The notes: generated from the sequence alone by a model not told the origin. Shown: positions 17,340 through 25,470, numbered from the stretch's first letter. The stretch: 60,762 bases of DNA from a virus (IMGVR_UViG_3300043410_001129:1-60762); one strand, 5' to 3'. Numbers and translations: made by a program.

Positions 17340-17429
17340 GTCTTTAGTTGACCGGCCCCTCCCTCAACTGAAGGCTATCGTTTCCTCCTTGTTTGATGAC
17401 TGGCCCGCTTTCGAGCGGGCCTTTTTTTT
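17340..17429 (+). ncRNA. Putative trans-acting sRNA with two anti-SD motifs
   Basis: 12-bp stem with a CCGGCCCCTCCC loop, single-stranded TTTCCTCCTT, then terminator GGCCCGCT-TTCG-AGCGGGCC-T8. Confidence 0.6.
17402..17429 (+). terminator. Rho-independent terminator
   Basis: 8-bp GC-rich stem, UUCG loop and T8 tract. Confidence 0.92.
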
Positions 17430-17453
17430 GTGCCTGAACAACACGCGAACAAC

Positions 17454-17658
17454 GCTGGCAGGTTTGGTGGCAGGTGGCCCTTAGTAAACTGGGATAAACC
17501 GCTGTAACTTTGGTATAAATTGGGGGCAGTGCTGTCTACAACAAGGACGGAATTGGGGCGATTTCCCAACTAACGACGTCAGCCAAGACGTCTGAGGATG
17601 ATGGCGCAGACAACTGAAGACGTTGGGGAAAGACCTGCTGGCAGGAAAAGTGGCAGGT
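17454..17658. other. Candidate attP region with paired TGGCAGG arm-type sites
   Basis: Non-coding gap after int, bounded by GCTGGCAGGTTTGGTGGCAGGT and GCTGGCAGGAAAAGTGGCAGGT. The core site was not identified. Confidence 0.5.
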
Positions 17659-17661
17659 TTT

Positions 17662-18213
17662 TTAGCGCAGGGGTGGCCCTTCGAACCATGCGACGAGGGC
17701 GTAGCGGGTGCCATAAAGGACCGGCGATGCCATGTGCAGGGCGTGTGAGGGGAAGATGATGCCGGAGCCACGGGCTTTGGTGCGGTAGCGGGAGCCAGGT
17801 GTGCCGAAGACGGTGAGGCCACCGCCCCAATAGGATTTCGGATCGGAGAGTTGGACGACGAGCGTCAGCTTGCGAGAGCGGACGGGTGGTCCGTTGTTGT
17901 CGAAGTGTGGCAGGAACCACTGGCCTGGGCGGTAGCGCAGGATTTGGATGGCCTTGAGGGATGTGATCTCGAACTCGTAGTTGGCGTTGGCTGCGATGCC
18001 TTCTGCCCACAGGCGATTGAAGAGCCAACGGGTGGCGTCGTTCTCATAGAGCCAACCGTCGTAGCAGTTGCGACCGTAGTCGGTGTGCAGGGTGCCGTCA
18101 GGCTCGACGGTTTGGGAGCGCTCGAGGGGTGGCATGTGGCTGAGCAGAATCATCTCGCACTCGGAGGGGGAGAAGACGTTGGGGATCATGTTGGCAAAGC
18201 ATGGCTGGATCAT
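17662..18213 (-). CDS. 2OG-Fe(II) oxygenase (prolyl-hydroxylase / PKHD-like)
   Basis: HFD, RKLTLVVQLSDP, IFPS.ALH and GTRYALVAW. Confidence 0.9.
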   Translation of the reverse strand: MIQPCFANMIPNVFSPSECEMILLSHMPPLERSQTVEPDGTLHTDYGRNCYDGWLYENDATRWLFNRLWAEGIAANANYEFEITSLKAIQILRYRPGQWFLPHFDNNGPPVRSRKLTLVVQLSDPKSYWGGGLTVFGTPGSRYRTKARGSGIIFPSHALHMASPVLYGTRYALVAWFEGPPLR

Positions 18214-18707
18214 TTGGTGAGTTCCTGAAAGGCGGCGATGGCGACGCAAAGGGCAATGAAGTCGGAGTTGGTGGAGTCGGACTTGGCGCTGTTGGCAGCT
18301 CGGCAAACGAGCTGGACGTTCGAGAGGTGGTAGCCAAGCGACGAGTCGATGCGGTCGAGGGAGGCGTTGGTTGGCACGCGACCTGCGTTGCGGATGAAGG
18401 TCATGGGCCAACCAGTGAGGGCGCAGAGGCCCGACTGGGATGCGTAGAGGGAGAGGAGATCGTCGAGGGTGACGGTGCAGTCTCGGCGTAAGGCGGCTTT
18501 GCGGAGGATGTCTTTGAGGCAGTCCCTCATGGTTACGGTGCGGGGCTTGGGAATGTGTCGAGTCTGTGAACGCCAGGCTCGGAGTCTGACTGGGCGGCAG
18601 GTATTGCAGTAGGACTGGTGGTAGACCTTACCTGGTGCGTATTTGCGTCGGTAAGGCTGGAAGTCTGAGAGAGGTTTTACTTCCGTGCAATGACGGCACG
18701 CTTTCAT
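18210..18707 (-). CDS. HNH-like endonuclease with N-terminal zinc finger
   Basis: CxxC pairs, QSGLCALTG and SLDRIDSSLGY...NVQLVC..AN..K. Confidence 0.8.
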   Translation of the reverse strand: MKACRHCTEVKPLSDFQPYRRKYAPGKVYHQSYCNTCRPVRLRAWRSQTRHIPKPRTVTMRDCLKDILRKAALRRDCTVTLDDLLSLYASQSGLCALTGWPMTFIRNAGRVPTNASLDRIDSSLGYHLSNVQLVCRAANSAKSDSTNSDFIALCVAIAAFQELTK

Positions 18708-18820
18708 TTAGACTTGGGCGACGTCTTGATTGGGACCGGCGCTTCCTTGGGTGTGGGGATGCGAGAGCCAATGGCCTTGGAGGGGAGGGGCTTTGGCTTG
18801 ACGGTGACGGGCTTCTTCAT
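18704..18820 (-). CDS. 38-aa Lys/Pro-rich peptide (MKKPVTVKPKPLPSK...)
   Basis: Exactly fills the gap, with start/stop overlaps on both sides. Confidence 0.55.
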   Translation of the reverse strand: MKKPVTVKPKPLPSKAIGSRIPTPKEAPVPIKTSPKSK

Positions 18821-19437
18821 CAGGCGAACCTTTGCTTGTTGGCGGTGTAGGCTTCAGAGAGTTTGGTGTCGTAGCGATTGGTGGCGAAGGCTGGGCCGTT
18901 GTAGCCACGGGCAAAGCCTGCCCAGTCCTGGCGTTGGAGTTCGTCGTCGAGGCGGGAGGCCATGATGAAGTGGCACATCTGGATGAGTTGTTCGTGTTCG
19001 GAGTCCATGGCGTCGAGGACGAATGACTCGATGGTGGGTGCGCCGCAGAGGGAGAAGTTAAAGCCCATGATCTGGCCAAGGCCCCACGAGCAGGAGCGCA
19101 GGGCGGCTTCTGGGTTGAGTTCCATGGCGTGTTCGAGGCGCTCGTAGTTGGCGTCGGAGGTCTTGGGGTAGGGGAGCGTGCCCCATTTGGGGTAGGCGAG
19201 TTCGAGGTCTGAGGCGACGTGCTGGAGGTATGGGTCTTTGGCGAGCTGGCGGTAGAAGATGTGGGGTTCGAAGAGGATGCGGGGGCGGCCAAGTTTGTCG
19301 AAGCCAGAGCCGCCGGTTTCGACGGAGATGACTGCGGCAAGGGCTGCGGGTTCGATGGAGAGGAGAGAGGCGGCAGAGGAGATGTCGGAGTTGGAGAGCT
19401 TGCGGCCTTCACCCTTGAAGTGATTGAAGTCGATCAT
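18820..19437 (-). CDS. Endolysin, N-acetylmuramidase (DUF3380 family)
   Basis: AVISVETGG, ILFEPHIF, SWGLGQIMGFN and FARGYNG. Confidence 0.92.
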   Translation of the reverse strand: MIDFNHFKGEGRKLSNSDISSAASLLSIEPAALAAVISVETGGSGFDKLGRPRILFEPHIFYRQLAKDPYLQHVASDLELAYPKWGTLPYPKTSDANYERLEHAMELNPEAALRSCSWGLGQIMGFNFSLCGAPTIESFVLDAMDSEHEQLIQMCHFIMASRLDDELQRQDWAGFARGYNGPAFATNRYDTKLSEAYTANKQRFA

Positions 19438-19823
19438 TTGGTAATGCCTTTGTATTTCTCGAAGGTGCGGAGGCCAGCCATGCCCAACATGCCGTAGATC
19501 ATGTTCATGACGTCGGCAGAGTTGAAGGGCGGGAGAGGGACGGTCTTGCCCCAGAAGCCAGCAATCCACGAGATGGTGGGTGCGATTGCGTAGATGAAGC
19601 AGAAGGCATAGGCGCAGGACCAACCGATTGCGGGGCGCCAGCCGGAGGTGAAGACCGAGGCGTTGGATGCTTCGGCGGCGTTGACGTCGGTCTGTTGTTT
19701 GTCCCAGGCGGCGAGGTCTGAGCGGAGATGTTCTTCTGCGGCGATCTTTGCGTTGGGGTCAGGGATGAATTTGTCGATGACCTTGAGGCCAGCTGCGACT
19801 GCGTCGTCGATACCGAAAGCCAT
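19434..19823 (-). CDS. Holin (GTA-type 3TM holin family)
   Basis: IDKFIPDP, SGWRPAIGW and GMLGMAGLRTFEK. Adjacent to the endolysin. Confidence 0.88.
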   Translation of the reverse strand: MAFGIDDAVAAGLKVIDKFIPDPNAKIAAEEHLRSDLAAWDKQQTDVNAAEASNASVFTSGWRPAIGWSCAYAFCFIYAIAPTISWIAGFWGKTVPLPPFNSADVMNMIYGMLGMAGLRTFEKYKGITK

Positions 19824-19831
19824 GGTGGGTC

Positions 19832-20305
19832 TCACTGATAGGAGTGGTGGGGTTGCTGGAAGAAGAGGAGGGAGATCACCCAGCCAATGATGGAGATGGC
19901 GATGAGGATGAAGGTGACGGCGAGGCCGAGTTCGACTTGTTCGGCGCGGCGGATGAGCTTGATGCGGCGTGCTTCTGCTTGTTCTTTGCGGATGCGGATG
20001 ATGTCGGCCTGGATGGAGTCCCAGGCGGGCAGGCCGTAGTTCGAGACGATGAAGCCACGCACTTCGTATTGGAGGCGCTCGGCTTCTTTGCGGGCGGCGA
20101 AGGCTTCGAGGGCGAGTTGTTCGGCTGATTTCTTCTTGGACCAGCCACGGGGTTGTTCGTGTTCGAGGCGTGAGAGGTCTGCGACACCGTTCATGATGTC
20201 GGAGATTTCTTTGGTGAGGGCGATGATGTCCTTGCCTAGAGTGACTGCGGTCTTGACGGTGGCGTGTGCCGCCTTGATCGAGGCGAGGATTGTGATGGGG
20301 TCCAT
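19832..20305 (-). CDS. Membrane-anchored coiled-coil protein of the lysis region
   Basis: MDPITILA start and a C-terminal TM helix. Confidence 0.75.
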   Translation of the reverse strand: MDPITILASIKAAHATVKTAVTLGKDIIALTKEISDIMNGVADLSRLEHEQPRGWSKKKSAEQLALEAFAARKEAERLQYEVRGFIVSNYGLPAWDSIQADIIRIRKEQAEARRIKLIRRAEQVELGLAVTFILIAISIIGWVISLLFFQQPHHSYQ

Positions 20306-20310
20306 GGGGA

Positions 20311-20571
20311 TTACCGGTGGGTGAACCAAGCACCGGCGGCGATGAAGCCGAGGACGCCGACTGTGACCCATTTGACGAAGGTCTCGAGGGCGGACTTCTT
20401 GGCGGTGCGCCAACCGTCGATCAGGGTGCGGAGATCGCGGATGTCGTTGCCTGCGGCTTCGTCGTGGAGACCGACAGACTCGAGGGCGCGGCGTGCGCCT
20501 TTTTCGGCGGCTTCGTCCAGGAGGCGTGTGAGTTCGGTGATGGAGATGTGGGTGTCGGGGGAGTCAGACAT
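20311..20571 (-). CDS. DUF6127-like membrane protein
   Basis: AAEKGARRALESVGL.D..A..DIRDLR.L...WR.AK pattern and a C-terminal TM helix. Confidence 0.75.
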   Translation of the reverse strand: MSDSPDTHISITELTRLLDEAAEKGARRALESVGLHDEAAGNDIRDLRTLIDGWRTAKKSALETFVKWVTVGVLGFIAAGAWFTHR

Positions 20572-21343
20572 TGAAGCCTCCAAGGAGAAGTGACGCGATA
20601 CCGGGAGAACTGGTGGAGGCTGAGCCGTTGAAGTTCGTGCCGTAGGTGTTGGTGCCGTAAGTGTTGGTGCCGTAAATCATATCGCGCTGGGTCTGCGGGA
20701 GTGGGTCTCCGAAGATGTTGAAGGCGGCTTGATTTGGGGGAGGTGAGCCGCCCCCCTTCGAGGGGGCGGCGTAAGTTGTGTCGCCCGTGATGGGATTGAT
20801 TGATGGCGTGGAGGGGTCGCCAGACTTGTTGTCCTTGGAGGCGACTGTGTCGCCCTGAGAGGGGGGCGCAGAGGTTTTGGTGTCGGCGGTGTTGACGACC
20901 GTGCCGCCAGCGATTGGCTCGAGGTGCCAAGGTTCGTGGGCCATGGGGAACTTGAAGCCGTAACGGGCGGCGTTCTCGTGTGCCCACTTCTTGGCGTCGT
21001 CGTTCGTGTATTCGAGGTCGAAGGCGCCACCGTCCTTCTGGTGGTTGGAGCGGCCTGGAAGGGCGACCCACTTGGAGATGCCGGAGGCGCGGAGCTGGGG
21101 TTCCCACTGGGTGCCAGCGGCTTCTGGTCCCATGGACTGGACGTCTGCGGCCCAACGGTTGGCGGCCTCGGGGCCAAGTGTGGACTTGAGTTTGTTCTGG
21201 ATGATCGAGGCTTGGTGATCGGGGGTGCGATAGCCGTTGCCGATGCGGACGCCGTAAGGGTTGTCGTTCAGGAAGCGCTGGAGGGCTTGGCCTGTTTCGG
21301 AGTTGGCTGTGTTGGGGTCTGCGAAATAGCTGGAGAAACCCAT
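20564..21343 (-). CDS. M15-family (D-Ala-D-Ala carboxypeptidase-like) peptidase, probably virion-associated
   Basis: GYRT, PGRSNH....AFD and EPWH motifs, with a low-complexity tail. Confidence 0.85.
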   Translation of the reverse strand: MGFSSYFADPNTANSETGQALQRFLNDNPYGVRIGNGYRTPDHQASIIQNKLKSTLGPEAANRWAADVQSMGPEAAGTQWEPQLRASGISKWVALPGRSNHQKDGGAFDLEYTNDDAKKWAHENAARYGFKFPMAHEPWHLEPIAGGTVVNTADTKTSAPPSQGDTVASKDNKSGDPSTPSINPITGDTTYAAPSKGGGSPPPNQAAFNIFGDPLPQTQRDMIYGTNTYGTNTYGTNFNGSASTSSPGIASLLLGGFNV

Positions 21344-21345
21344 GG

Positions 21346-21963
21346 TCAGCTCCCGTTCGTGTAGGGGTAGGGGTTTTGCATGGGGTCGCCGGTGATCGGG
21401 TTGACCGTGAGTTGGCCAAAGGATTGAGGGCGCGGCTGGGTCTGGGAGAACTGGGACTGGTCCATCGGGGCGGTCGAGGAGACCGACTGGGACTCGGGTG
21501 GTTGGTTGGGGCCTTGCTGCATCTGGCCGTAGAAGTTGGCGGCGTTGCTGAGGCGGGCGTTGTAGCCAGCGGCAAGTTGGGGGTTGCGCTGTGAGTAACC
21601 GGTGGGACGCTCGAAGCCGAGGAAGGCGGAGGCGGCTTCTTCGGGGGTGGACGAGCGGTTGATGGCGTCGAGGGTGGGTCGCTCGGTGGTGCGCAGTTCG
21701 TTGTCGAGGAAACGGACTTGGGTCTCGAGGGAGTTGGGGTTCATGCCGCCCTTGGCGGCGAAGCGATGGAGGTCTTGGCGGCGCGAGTCACGCCACTGGG
21801 CGATGCCGAAAGCGCGGCCTTTGTCGCCCAAGGATGTAGGGTCGACTGCGTTGGTCGACTCCTGCATGAGATTGCCAACGATTCCAGCTGCGTGATGGGG
21901 CTGATAGCCCATCTGAACAAGAAGCTGGAACGCTTGCTGTGCGTTTGCTGATGCGTCTGCCAT
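21346..21963 (-). CDS. Phage tail lysozyme domain protein
   Basis: AAGIVGNLMQES, FGIAQW, ETQVRFL and FERP. Confidence 0.88.
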   Translation of the reverse strand: MADASANAQQAFQLLVQMGYQPHHAAGIVGNLMQESTNAVDPTSLGDKGRAFGIAQWRDSRRQDLHRFAAKGGMNPNSLETQVRFLDNELRTTERPTLDAINRSSTPEEAASAFLGFERPTGYSQRNPQLAAGYNARLSNAANFYGQMQQGPNQPPESQSVSSTAPMDQSQFSQTQPRPQSFGQLTVNPITGDPMQNPYPYTNGS

Positions 21964-21982
21964 GAATACCTCGCCGACTTGG

Positions 21983-22013
21983 ACTTTATGTGGCGAGGGG
22001 TGGGGCGTCGTCC
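21983..22013 (-). promoter_or_regulatory. GGACGAC-N18-TAAAGT promoter for the hydrolase/lysis operon
   Basis: Repeated motif with conserved spacing. Confidence 0.65.
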
Positions 22014-22369
22014 TGCTTTAGAAGTCCTTCCTGAAGTAGATAGGCGCGGTAGAGCTTCTGGAAGTCGGAGATGCGGAGGACTGCGAGGCCGTCGGGAAGG
22101 GGTTCGCGATTGCGGCGGGTGAGGACCACGGGCATCGTGGTGCCACGGGCGTTGCGAATGGCTTGGGACATGGCGCCCCGGAAGTCGAGGCGCTCGACGC
22201 GCTTGCACTCTGGGCTGAGGTCTGGGAGGCCGGAGAGATCGCAGTTGCCGCCGGACAGGAAGCCGGTGGTGATGGAGGTGCGACGGGCTTCGAGGCCAAG
22301 TGAGTCGTTGAAGTAGGCGGCGACTTCGCGTTCGAAGACTGCGCCCTTTGCGCGGATGCCACGGGTCAT
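21986..22369 (-). CDS. Holliday junction resolvase-like PD-(D/E)XK nuclease
   Basis: RAKGAVFEREVA...D...ECKR. Confidence 0.8.
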   Translation of the reverse strand: MTRGIRAKGAVFEREVAAYFNDSLGLEARRTSITTGFLSGGNCDLSGLPDLSPECKRVERLDFRGAMSQAIRNARGTTMPVVLTRRNREPLPDGLAVLRISDFQKLYRAYLLQEGLLKQDDAPPLAT

Positions 22370-22677
22370 GCGAAGGCCGCCCAGTCTGCCGCTACGTTTG
22401 TTTGGGCGTGGCAATAGTCGCAGGTGAATTGGAATTTGGGGCGGGGCTTGGTGCATTTGCAGCGGTTGCAGGGGCGCTGCCAGGTCGGTCCTGTGAAAGA
22501 AATCGCGTTATATTTTTCAGATGAAAAGGTTGCGATGTTGTTGCGGACCAAGATGCGCTTGAGTGTGTCTTCGCAACAGCCAATGAAGTCAGCCATTGCG
22601 GCGTAGGGTGTTCCCTTGCGCTTTGCTTCTTTGAGCCAAGCGATTTGCTCGGGAGATGTTTGGACGCGACGCGGCAT
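22366..22677 (-). CDS. HTH + zinc-finger protein with GcrA-like architecture, candidate transcription activator
   Basis: N-terminal HTH (SPEQIAWLK...AAMADFIG....LKR) and C-terminal CxxC...CxxC. Confidence 0.6.
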   Translation of the reverse strand: MPRRVQTSPEQIAWLKEAKRKGTPYAAMADFIGCCEDTLKRILVRNNIATFSSEKYNAISFTGPTWQRPCNRCKCTKPRPKFQFTCDYCHAQTNVAADWAAFA

Positions 22678-22807
22678 TACAAGACCCTCGGTATCGGTAA
22701 GGATGTTGCAGTGCCGGTGTAGCTTTTTTGCTACAGGTCAAGATGCTTCGTCAAGGTGTGTGTTTCATTTTATTCACAGGCCCCCCTCGAAAGGGGGGCC
22801 GGACGTC

Positions 22808-23005
22808 TTAGAGAACCTTTTGATCACGAAGCCAATCTTCGAACGGAAGTGTCGAGCCTGATGCTTCGTATTGTTTTCTGTAGGAGATGCCGCGCTTCAC
22901 AGCTTTCATGTTGTAAGTGGCGCGACGTTTCGCAAAGAGCTTGCGCCCCATTGCGTTCCAAGCGTTTCGAGTTTCGCGAGCATCTTTAGTTGTGCGATTT
23001 GACAT
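22808..23005 (-). CDS. Small basic hypothetical protein
   Basis: 65-aa ORF. No strong RBS. Confidence 0.4.
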   Translation of the reverse strand: MSNRTTKDARETRNAWNAMGRKLFAKRRATYNMKAVKRGISYRKQYEASGSTLPFEDWLRDQKVL

Positions 23006-23024
23006 CTTAAAATTTCCGTGCTAA

Positions 23025-23146
23025 TAACCCCTCTCGGGCGACGCCTCAAAGAATCTTATGAGAGATGCGACGGAGCTTCCGCCAGTCCGCCCCCCGTTGG
23101 GACGGGGGGCTGGCTCTCTCAAGGAACGTAAGCCCGAGAGGGGTTA
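23025..23146. repeat. Long nested inverted repeat (structured element)
   Basis: Perfect 15-bp IR (23025-23039 / 23132-23146) enclosing further nested stems. Confidence 0.75.
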
Positions 23147-25159
23147 AACTTCCCCGGTCCACTTCTTCACCGCATAAATTGGAAGCTGAAGGTCACGAGC
23201 GATGACGCTTGCGCCCTTGCCTTCGGCGCTCATGCGCTCTGCTTTCTGGCGTGGTGACTCACTCGAGACGACATACAGGCGACCGTCCTCGCGCTCCATG
23301 AACGCGATCAGCGAGTCCATGTGATTGTCCGTCAGCTCGCGCACCTTCCCGTATGACCACTCGAAAGCGGCCAACAGACGGTCGGTTGGTTCCTCGCGCT
23401 TCATGTAGATTTCCATGTTGGCGCGAACTGGATCGAGGAACTTGCCACGCTTCGAGACTGCTTTGGCTTCGTCCTCGTAGAGCTGGACGATCCTGATCTG
23501 CTGCTCGATCACCGAGAGCTGGTTGGTCGAGCCAGCTTCCATGCCGGAGGAAGTCTGAGCGTCCTGCGGTTTGTTGGCGTGGTGCAGGATGATCACCGAG
23601 ATGCCAGCGTTGCGGAGCTTCAGGGCCAACTGGTTCATGGGCGCCCACCCTTCCGCGCTGTTCTCCTGCATCCCTGGGTATGCTGAGCGCACCGTGTCAA
23701 TCACGACGACTTCGGGTGCCGTCGCCTCGATCCACTTCTGGAGCTTGGTCAGGCCAGCTGGCTCCTTCAGGTTCATCTCGGCGACCTCCTGCTGGAGGGC
23801 GGGGGAGATGATCTTCAGGCGCTTATGGGTTGTGCCGAATGACGAGAGGAACTTCTGCATCCGGTGAGCGATGGTCGAGCGTCCGTTCTCGAAGTCGACG
23901 TAGGCCACCGTGTGCGGGCGGCTGATCGTGAATGGTCCGACTGACTGACCACGGGCCAGGTGCCAGAGGACCAAGAGGGTGAGCCACGACTTGCCGTGAC
24001 CGGTGTAGCCGTAGACCTGGACGATGGATGGGTGCTTGAGGAATGGGTCGACGGCATAGACTTCATCACGGAGCGTCAGCATCAACGACTCGAGCTGGTC
24101 GTCCGTGAATGGTGTGAGAGGGGTGACAGGTTCTGTCACCTCCGATGTTCCCGAAACAGATTTCGGGAACATCTCCTCCTTGCGTTCCCGCTTGCCGTGT
24201 TCGCGCTCGTCCTTATGGCGGATCGAACGGAGGGTCGCTTTCCATTCGCGATCATGGAGGCGGCTCTCGAAGAACTGGTCCATGAACTCATAGACCCGAG
24301 AGCCAACCTCTGCGTCGTCGCATCCTGCGGCGACCAACTCACCGATGAAGCGGGTGAGGAGAGAGCCACGACCTGAGCCGTTCGGGAGCTTCCCGCCATG
24401 TTCGATGACGCGCTGCTCGGCGAAGCGTTGTGCGCCGAGGGCGTCTCCCTCTGACTGGGCACGGACATGGGTAAGGTCCAGGCTTGAGAAGATTTCGCTC
24501 GGAGACTTACCGCTGTCCACCACGGGGTCGATCCCCCGCATCATGGGCTTCGTGCCTGTCCACACAGGCGCCTCACTCAGGTCATCCGTGTAGGCATATT
24601 CCCAATCGTATTGGTGAGTGACCACCTTCTGTGCGTTGAGTTTTACTGAGGGTGGCAGGACGACATAGCCACCGTCACCACGGAAATCGAGACCGTCGAC
24701 GGTTGGCCAGTCAGGATCGTGTAGAGCGTTCGCGCCCACCTTATTCCCGAAGCGGGAGCCTGCACCTGGGTGCGAGAAGTAATAGTGCTTCCCGCGTGTC
24801 GTCTTAACCGCGAACCCTGTTACGAGTCCATTGGCCGAGCAGTAGTCTAGGGCGGCTTGATTGTCGGCATCGACAACGACAACGCCAGAGACTGCGCCGG
24901 TAGCAAGGCCAATGTTGAAGAGCTTCACACGTCCGCCTGATGGCGTTGGTGCGCCGTTCTCGAACCAGTCCGTGACTTCTTCGTAAGTAGGCTGGCGCAC
25001 CTGATACTCGCGCCACGAATTGAGTGGCACCTTGCTCTCGATGCTGATCGGAAAAACCGAGAAGCCTTTATCCAGATATTCTAATGCAGCTTCGTAGAGT
25101 TGATCGCGGAGTGCTGCGACCTTCGAGGGGGTATCCGTAGTCGTATCCGTTTGCATCAA
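23144..25159 (-). CDS. Bifunctional primase-polymerase fused to a RepA/AAA_25 helicase
   Basis: GFSVFPI, NIGLATG, VVVDAD, GKHYYF and DFRGDGGYVVLPPS, then GYTGHGKS, VVVIDT and HHANK. Confidence 0.92.
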   Translation of the reverse strand: MMQTDTTTDTPSKVAALRDQLYEAALEYLDKGFSVFPISIESKVPLNSWREYQVRQPTYEEVTDWFENGAPTPSGGRVKLFNIGLATGAVSGVVVVDADNQAALDYCSANGLVTGFAVKTTRGKHYYFSHPGAGSRFGNKVGANALHDPDWPTVDGLDFRGDGGYVVLPPSVKLNAQKVVTHQYDWEYAYTDDLSEAPVWTGTKPMMRGIDPVVDSGKSPSEIFSSLDLTHVRAQSEGDALGAQRFAEQRVIEHGGKLPNGSGRGSLLTRFIGELVAAGCDDAEVGSRVYEFMDQFFESRLHDREWKATLRSIRHKDEREHGKRERKEEMFPKSVSGTSEVTEPVTPLTPFTDDQLESLMLTLRDEVYAVDPFLKHPSIVQVYGYTGHGKSWLTLLVLWHLARGQSVGPFTISRPHTVAYVDFENGRSTIAHRMQKFLSSFGTTHKRLKIISPALQQEVAEMNLKEPAGLTKLQKWIEATAPEVVVIDTVRSAYPGMQENSAEGWAPMNQLALKLRNAGISVIILHHANKPQDAQTSSGMEAGSTNQLSVIEQQIRIVQLYEDEAKAVSKRGKFLDPVRANMEIYMKREEPTDRLLAAFEWSYGKVRELTDNHMDSLIAFMEREDGRLYVVSSESPRQKAERMSAEGKGASVIARDLQLPIYAVKKWTGEV

Positions 25160-25349
25160 AGTCCTCGCAAATAAATTGGTCCAATGAAAGGTCAGGCCAC
25201 TCCGTCAATAGTTTGTCCAACATGCCAATGGTCATGGCACCGTTCTTCACCCAACGATAGGGAGCGGTCCTCGACACGCCGATACGCCTGGCTACCAATG
25301 CGGGGCCACCGAGGTGGCGGATCAGTTTCTGTATGTCGAGATGTCTCAT
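25068..25349 (-). CDS. Cro-like HTH protein
   Basis: LGGPALVARRIGVSRTAPYRW. First gene of the leftward unit. Confidence 0.75.
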   Translation of the reverse strand: MRHLDIQKLIRHLGGPALVARRIGVSRTAPYRWVKNGAMTIGMLDKLLTEWPDLSLDQFICEDFDANGYDYGYPLEGRSTPRSTLRSCIRISG

Positions 25350-25393
25350 TGTGGTGATTCGTCAGCTCTGTTGCAAGATCGAAAGTTGTAAAA

Positions 25394-25424
25394 AAACTAC
25401 TCCAAGCCTCTTGCAGTGTCGTCC
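25394..25424 (-). promoter_or_regulatory. GGACGAC-N18-TAGTTT leftward promoter
   Basis: Repeated motif upstream of the Cro-like and primase genes. Confidence 0.6.
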
Positions 25425-25438
25425 TTCGACGGCTATAT
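25410..25438 (+). promoter_or_regulatory. Alphaproteobacterial-type sigma70 promoter CTTGCA-N17-CTATAT
   Basis: Near match to the rhizobial CTTGAC-N17-CTATAT consensus. Upstream of the recombination operon. Confidence 0.7.
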
Positions 25439-25470
25439 CTTGGTTACTGATACCGAGACGGAGATAACCA

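Noticed and set aside
17476-17636. tRNA fragment or dif site as the att core
   Set aside because: No T-arm/CCA pattern and no convincing XerC/D consensus by eye.
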